Below are positions 60,683 through 64,000 of a stretch of 64,000 nucleotides of DNA, one piece after another. Made by a program: the position numbers and the translations under genes. Origin of the DNA: Candidatus Magasanikiibacteriota bacterium. GTDB lineage: Bacteria > Patescibacteriota > Patescibacteriia > Magasanikbacterales > 2-02-FULL-50-9b. The notes under the pieces are model-generated. The model saw nothing but the letters and a program-made list of their open reading frames with translations, searched no databases and was not told the DNA's origin. The stretch spans positions 756 to 64,755 of the forward strand of contig CALRDW010000004.1 of NCBI GenBank assembly GCA_943355025.1. The letters are read 5' to 3'. Every line of letters starts with the position of its first letter. Positions within the stretch are counted from its first letter, which is position 1.

Positions 60683-61975
60683 ATGTTATATCCACATTTG
60701 CTCGCAGGCGATCCTGAGATTCATGGACTCGTCATACAAGAACTTGCACGCCGACGCGCAGGAATTGATATGATCCCGTCTGAAAATGTAACCTCGGTCG
60801 CAGTTATCGAAGCGCTTGGTACAATTTTAACGGACAAATATTCCGAGGGATATCCGCATAAACGATACTACGGCGGAAACGAATATATTGATCAGATTGA
60901 AATACTTGCAGAGGAACGTGCGAAAGCACTTTTTGGTGTAACGCACGCAAATGTGCAACCATATTCCGGCTCGCCAGCAAACCAAGCTGTGTACATGGCG
61001 CTTCTGAATCCTGGCGAAACCGTTCTTGGCCTTTCGCTTTCCTACGGCGGGCATTTGACGCACGGGCTCAAAGTAAATTTTTCTGGAATTTATTACAACG
61101 CGCTCAATTACACCACAAACGCAGAGGGTTGGATTGATTATGATGCTGTTGAGGCGCAAGCAAAAGAAGTCCGACCAAAACTTCTCATCTGCGGAACAAC
61201 AGCATATCCGCGCACGATTGATTTTGCGCGAATGGCTGCGATTGCGAAATCAGTTGACGCGTTTTTACTCGCAGATATTTCGCACATTGCCGGTCTTGTT
61301 GTCGCGGGCGCACACCCGTCTCCTGTTGGACACGCCGATGTTATAACAACAACGACGCATAAAACGCTTCGAGGGCCGCGCGGCGCCATGATTTTGTGTA
61401 ATGGCCTGCCATCAAATCCGCTCAAAGCTCCAGAGCGCACACGAGAAAATATACCGTCACTTATCGATCGCGCCGTCTTCCCTGGCTTACAAGGTGGGCC
61501 GCATAATCATCAAACAGCGGCGATTGCGGTTGCCTTAAAAAATGCAGCGACTGAAGAATTTAAAACCTACGGACACCAAATTGTAAAAAATGCGACGACG
61601 CTCGCCGCCGCACTCACGAGCAAGGGGTGTCGCCTTATTACCGGCGGAACGGACAATCACCTCATGGTCATGGACGTTACAGCGCTCGGCATTTCTGGAA
61701 GCGAAGCAGACGTTGCGCTCGGCAAGGCCGGCATTACCGTAAATAAAAACACAATTCCAAACGACCCGCGTAAACCATTTGATCCATCCGGCATTCGATT
61801 TGGCACGCCTGCTTTAACAAGTCGCGGGCTCAAAGAACCCGAGGTTGAAGAGCTTGCAGAATATATGTATAGCGCGCTCACACACCCAACAGACGCAGCA
61901 ATGCTTGCCGACATACAATCAAAAGTTACCGCGCTCGCACAAAAATTTCCTCCGTATCCTGAATTAGAAGCATAA
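60683..61975 (+). CDS. glyA: Serine hydroxymethyltransferase
   Basis: IPSENVTS at the N-terminus, and TTTTHKTLRGPRG as the PLP-lysine motif. Confidence 0.9.
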   Translation: MLYPHLLAGDPEIHGLVIQELARRRAGIDMIPSENVTSVAVIEALGTILTDKYSEGYPHKRYYGGNEYIDQIEILAEERAKALFGVTHANVQPYSGSPANQAVYMALLNPGETVLGLSLSYGGHLTHGLKVNFSGIYYNALNYTTNAEGWIDYDAVEAQAKEVRPKLLICGTTAYPRTIDFARMAAIAKSVDAFLLADISHIAGLVVAGAHPSPVGHADVITTTTHKTLRGPRGAMILCNGLPSNPLKAPERTRENIPSLIDRAVFPGLQGGPHNHQTAAIAVALKNAATEEFKTYGHQIVKNATTLAAALTSKGCRLITGGTDNHLMVMDVTALGISGSEADVALGKAGITVNKNTIPNDPRKPFDPSGIRFGTPALTSRGLKEPEVEELAEYMYSALTHPTDAAMLADIQSKVTALAQKFPPYPELEA

Positions 61976-61984
61976 CAGCGCTCT

Positions 61985-62818
61985 ATGATTTTATCAGGCA
62001 CAGAATTATCGAAACAAATCCTCGCGCGCATTAAGAACACCATCGAAGAAGAAAAAATTACACCGCGACTTGTGGTTGTGCAGGTTGGCAATGATGCTGC
62101 GAGCACGATTTATGTTAATCGTAAAACAAAAGCGGCGCAATCGGTTGGCATTGCAATCGAAACTATGTTTTTTGAAACCGCAACGACCGAAGAGCTTGTG
62201 TCAGCGATTACAGGACTCAATGAGCGTCCAGACGTTGACGCAATTTTGATTCAGCTTCCACTTCCCGCTAGCATCGACACGCAGACAGTGATTGAATCAA
62301 TGGACCCGATAAAGGATGTCGACGGTTTTCATCCGGATAATATCGCGCACTATTTATTAGGTCTCCGCGATGTCCAGCCCGTTCTGCTTCAGGCAATTTC
62401 ATGGCTCCTCAGCGCAACGCATCAAAATTTTAAAGGCAAAACTGCAGCCATTGTTGGAAAATCAGACGTTTTTCTCAAACCGCTTTCATATTTACTCGCG
62501 CTGCTTGGCATGAGCGTGCACTGGGTTAAATATGATGAACTTGCTGGCGAACCTATTCCGCCTGCCGACGTGCTTGTGGTGGCGCTTGGTCGTCCGCACG
62601 TGATCATGGCACGCGATGTTAAGCCCGGCGCAACAATTATTGATATTGGTATTTCACGAACCCCTGATGGCAAAATCGTTGGTGATGTTCAATTTGACGA
62701 AGTATCTCCAATTGCAGCATGGATTACGCCAACTCCGGGCGGCGTTGGGCCTGTAACAATCGCCGCACTCATGTGGAACACACTACTCCTTGCCTTGAAT
62801 AAGGCCGATCTCAGTTAA
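61985..62818 (+). CDS. folD: Bifunctional methylene-THF dehydrogenase/cyclohydrolase
   Basis: VVQVGNDAASTIYVNRKTKAA, GKSDVF, and the C-terminal PGGVGPVTIA. Confidence 0.9.
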   Translation: MILSGTELSKQILARIKNTIEEEKITPRLVVVQVGNDAASTIYVNRKTKAAQSVGIAIETMFFETATTEELVSAITGLNERPDVDAILIQLPLPASIDTQTVIESMDPIKDVDGFHPDNIAHYLLGLRDVQPVLLQAISWLLSATHQNFKGKTAAIVGKSDVFLKPLSYLLALLGMSVHWVKYDELAGEPIPPADVLVVALGRPHVIMARDVKPGATIIDIGISRTPDGKIVGDVQFDEVSPIAAWITPTPGGVGPVTIAALMWNTLLLALNKADLS

Positions 62819-63958
62819 TCCGTACAAAGGATGGAGACGCACGACCATATTTTGAGGCGAAATTAAATATTCGCCGCCAGAAATAGTTATTTTTTCAATC
62901 GTGTCTCCCCGTTTAACATTTAAAATTTCTGGAAAAGCCGCCCTGCTGCCGAGCAACGTTGTTTGAAATGTTCCGCGCGCACCTGCATTTTTTGGCACAG
63001 CAACAACTGAACCAGATGGCGTAAAATAAATATTTTGTTGAAATTCAGTTACGTGTTCTTCGGTTCCATTTTGTGATCGATATTCCCAAACTCGCTCCTC
63101 ATACGGAAAAAACCTGCCGCTTTGGTATTGACCCGCAAAATGAATAACGCCCGCGTCATCAAATTCCCATACATCGGTCTCAGGATTATTTTTTTGTCGC
63201 TCGTAAAAAAATTGCGGCTCTCCCCGATGATTATAAATAAAATATCCAAATCCTGAATTAGTGCCAAAATTAATCATTTCAGCAGGAACATGCCGCTGTC
63301 CGCGATTCTCAGAACCTTCCTCCAATTTATCCGAAACCCACCGCGCGTCATGTTTTTTTCCAAACATTCTCGCGTCAGCTGCACGCGGACTGCGATATCG
63401 CACCTCTGCCTCGGCCTCCCCGAGTTGTTCCTCGCAAAATGTTGTGAGCTCTGCCATAAATTGCGCGTCCTTGCGAGACGTACGGTCAATTGATTGTCGA
63501 TATGATGTAACGAGTCCTGCAAGCGGCTCATGCGACAGCGCAAACCGAAGCGATTGACCGTCAACAAGCGCACAAGAAATTTCCTGAATTATCGCGGTTT
63601 GTAAAATACAAACATATTCGTCCCAATCCCCGGCAACAGGAAATGGACGGCCATCAATCATGTGTGTCTTTTCCGATAATTCCCGAGGTTTAGAACGCAG
63701 AACCTGCTCGGCCGCGGCAACAGCGAGTTGAGAATCCGCCTTGAGACTCGGTGCGTATGAGCCTGTTAGCGCAAGGAGAGCATGTTCACGGAGTGATGCA
63801 TGAATAGGGGCGCGGGGCTCGTCCTGCCATTTGTCTGGAGCGCGAAACAGCTCACGTGCCAAAAAAACGGCATCATGCGAATCAAGCTTTGTCTCAACAT
63901 TCGCAAGCATTCGATCAACAAACACGTATGCCGACATGATCCGAAAGTCTTCGCGCAC
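62783..63958 (-). CDS. Hypothetical protein with aromatic-rich repeats (MORN/YwqK-like?)
   Basis: 391 aa. The C-terminal region carries repeated G-x-aromatic segments (GYFIYNHRGEPQFFYERQKN...GVIHFAGQYQSGRFFPYEERVWEY). The start is 42 nt from the window edge. Confidence 0.45.
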   Translation of the reverse strand: MREDFRIMSAYVFVDRMLANVETKLDSHDAVFLARELFRAPDKWQDEPRAPIHASLREHALLALTGSYAPSLKADSQLAVAAAEQVLRSKPRELSEKTHMIDGRPFPVAGDWDEYVCILQTAIIQEISCALVDGQSLRFALSHEPLAGLVTSYRQSIDRTSRKDAQFMAELTTFCEEQLGEAEAEVRYRSPRAADARMFGKKHDARWVSDKLEEGSENRGQRHVPAEMINFGTNSGFGYFIYNHRGEPQFFYERQKNNPETDVWEFDDAGVIHFAGQYQSGRFFPYEERVWEYRSQNGTEEHVTEFQQNIYFTPSGSVVAVPKNAGARGTFQTTLLGSRAAFPEILNVKRGDTIEKITISGGEYLISPQNMVVRLHPLYGLTEIGLIQGKE

Positions 63959-64000
63959 CTCATCAAAGTCATGATGAACCCGATTATGCGCGTCGGCGCT

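Overview
The window is a gene-dense, mostly housekeeping stretch of a small-genome bacterium. Short intergenic gaps, many 4-nt ATGA/TGA gene overlaps, long collinear operons and a core-only gene repertoire suggest a Patescibacteria/CPR-like lineage, but I cannot confirm this from sequence alone. I support about 70 protein-coding genes and three tRNAs (Asn-GTT, Ser-GGA, Gln-CTG). The tRNAs have recognisable sigma70-type promoters and rho-independent terminators. I found no rRNA, CRISPR array, transposase/integrase or reverse transcriptase.

Recognisable genes:
- Glycosyltransferases (GT1, GT2, TagA-like)
- fmt, def, a PriA homolog, an M23 peptidase, an FtsQ-like protein
- serS, lysS, cysS, gatCA
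- two GreA paralogs, truB, rsmE, rpoD, dnaG, an ABC-F ATPase, engB
- an orphan pyrB, msrA, trhO, a SlyD-type FKBP, lgt, a tandem-LOG protein, ligA
- a minimal type IV pilus set (pilM, a pilin, pilD)
- dnaX, dus, an Elp3-like radical-SAM/GNAT enzyme, glyA, folD

The regions I consider most worth follow-up:
1. A block of four lineage-specific ORFs with no recognisable domains (34253..37566). It is translationally coupled upstream of dnaG-rpoD, ends at tRNA-Ser, and includes a 441-aa protein and a 422-aa protein with glycine-zipper hydrophobic helices.
2. A proline-rich small protein coupled to an 847-aa membrane-anchored FtsK/HerA/VirD4-like P-loop ATPase (51208..54233), next to the pilus genes.
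3. A heptad-repeat protein encoded by seven 21-bp tandem DNA repeats (29040..29510).
4. Two secreted Ala/Lys-rich helical repeat proteins, each followed by a strong terminator.
5. A Gly/Arg-rich CxxC-x17-CxxC zinc-ribbon protein divergent from the second greA copy.
6. Several decay or innovation signatures: a PriA with degenerate Walker A/DEEH motifs, a 60-aa ClpB N-domain remnant, a possibly split M29-like aminopeptidase, and an orphan ATCase.
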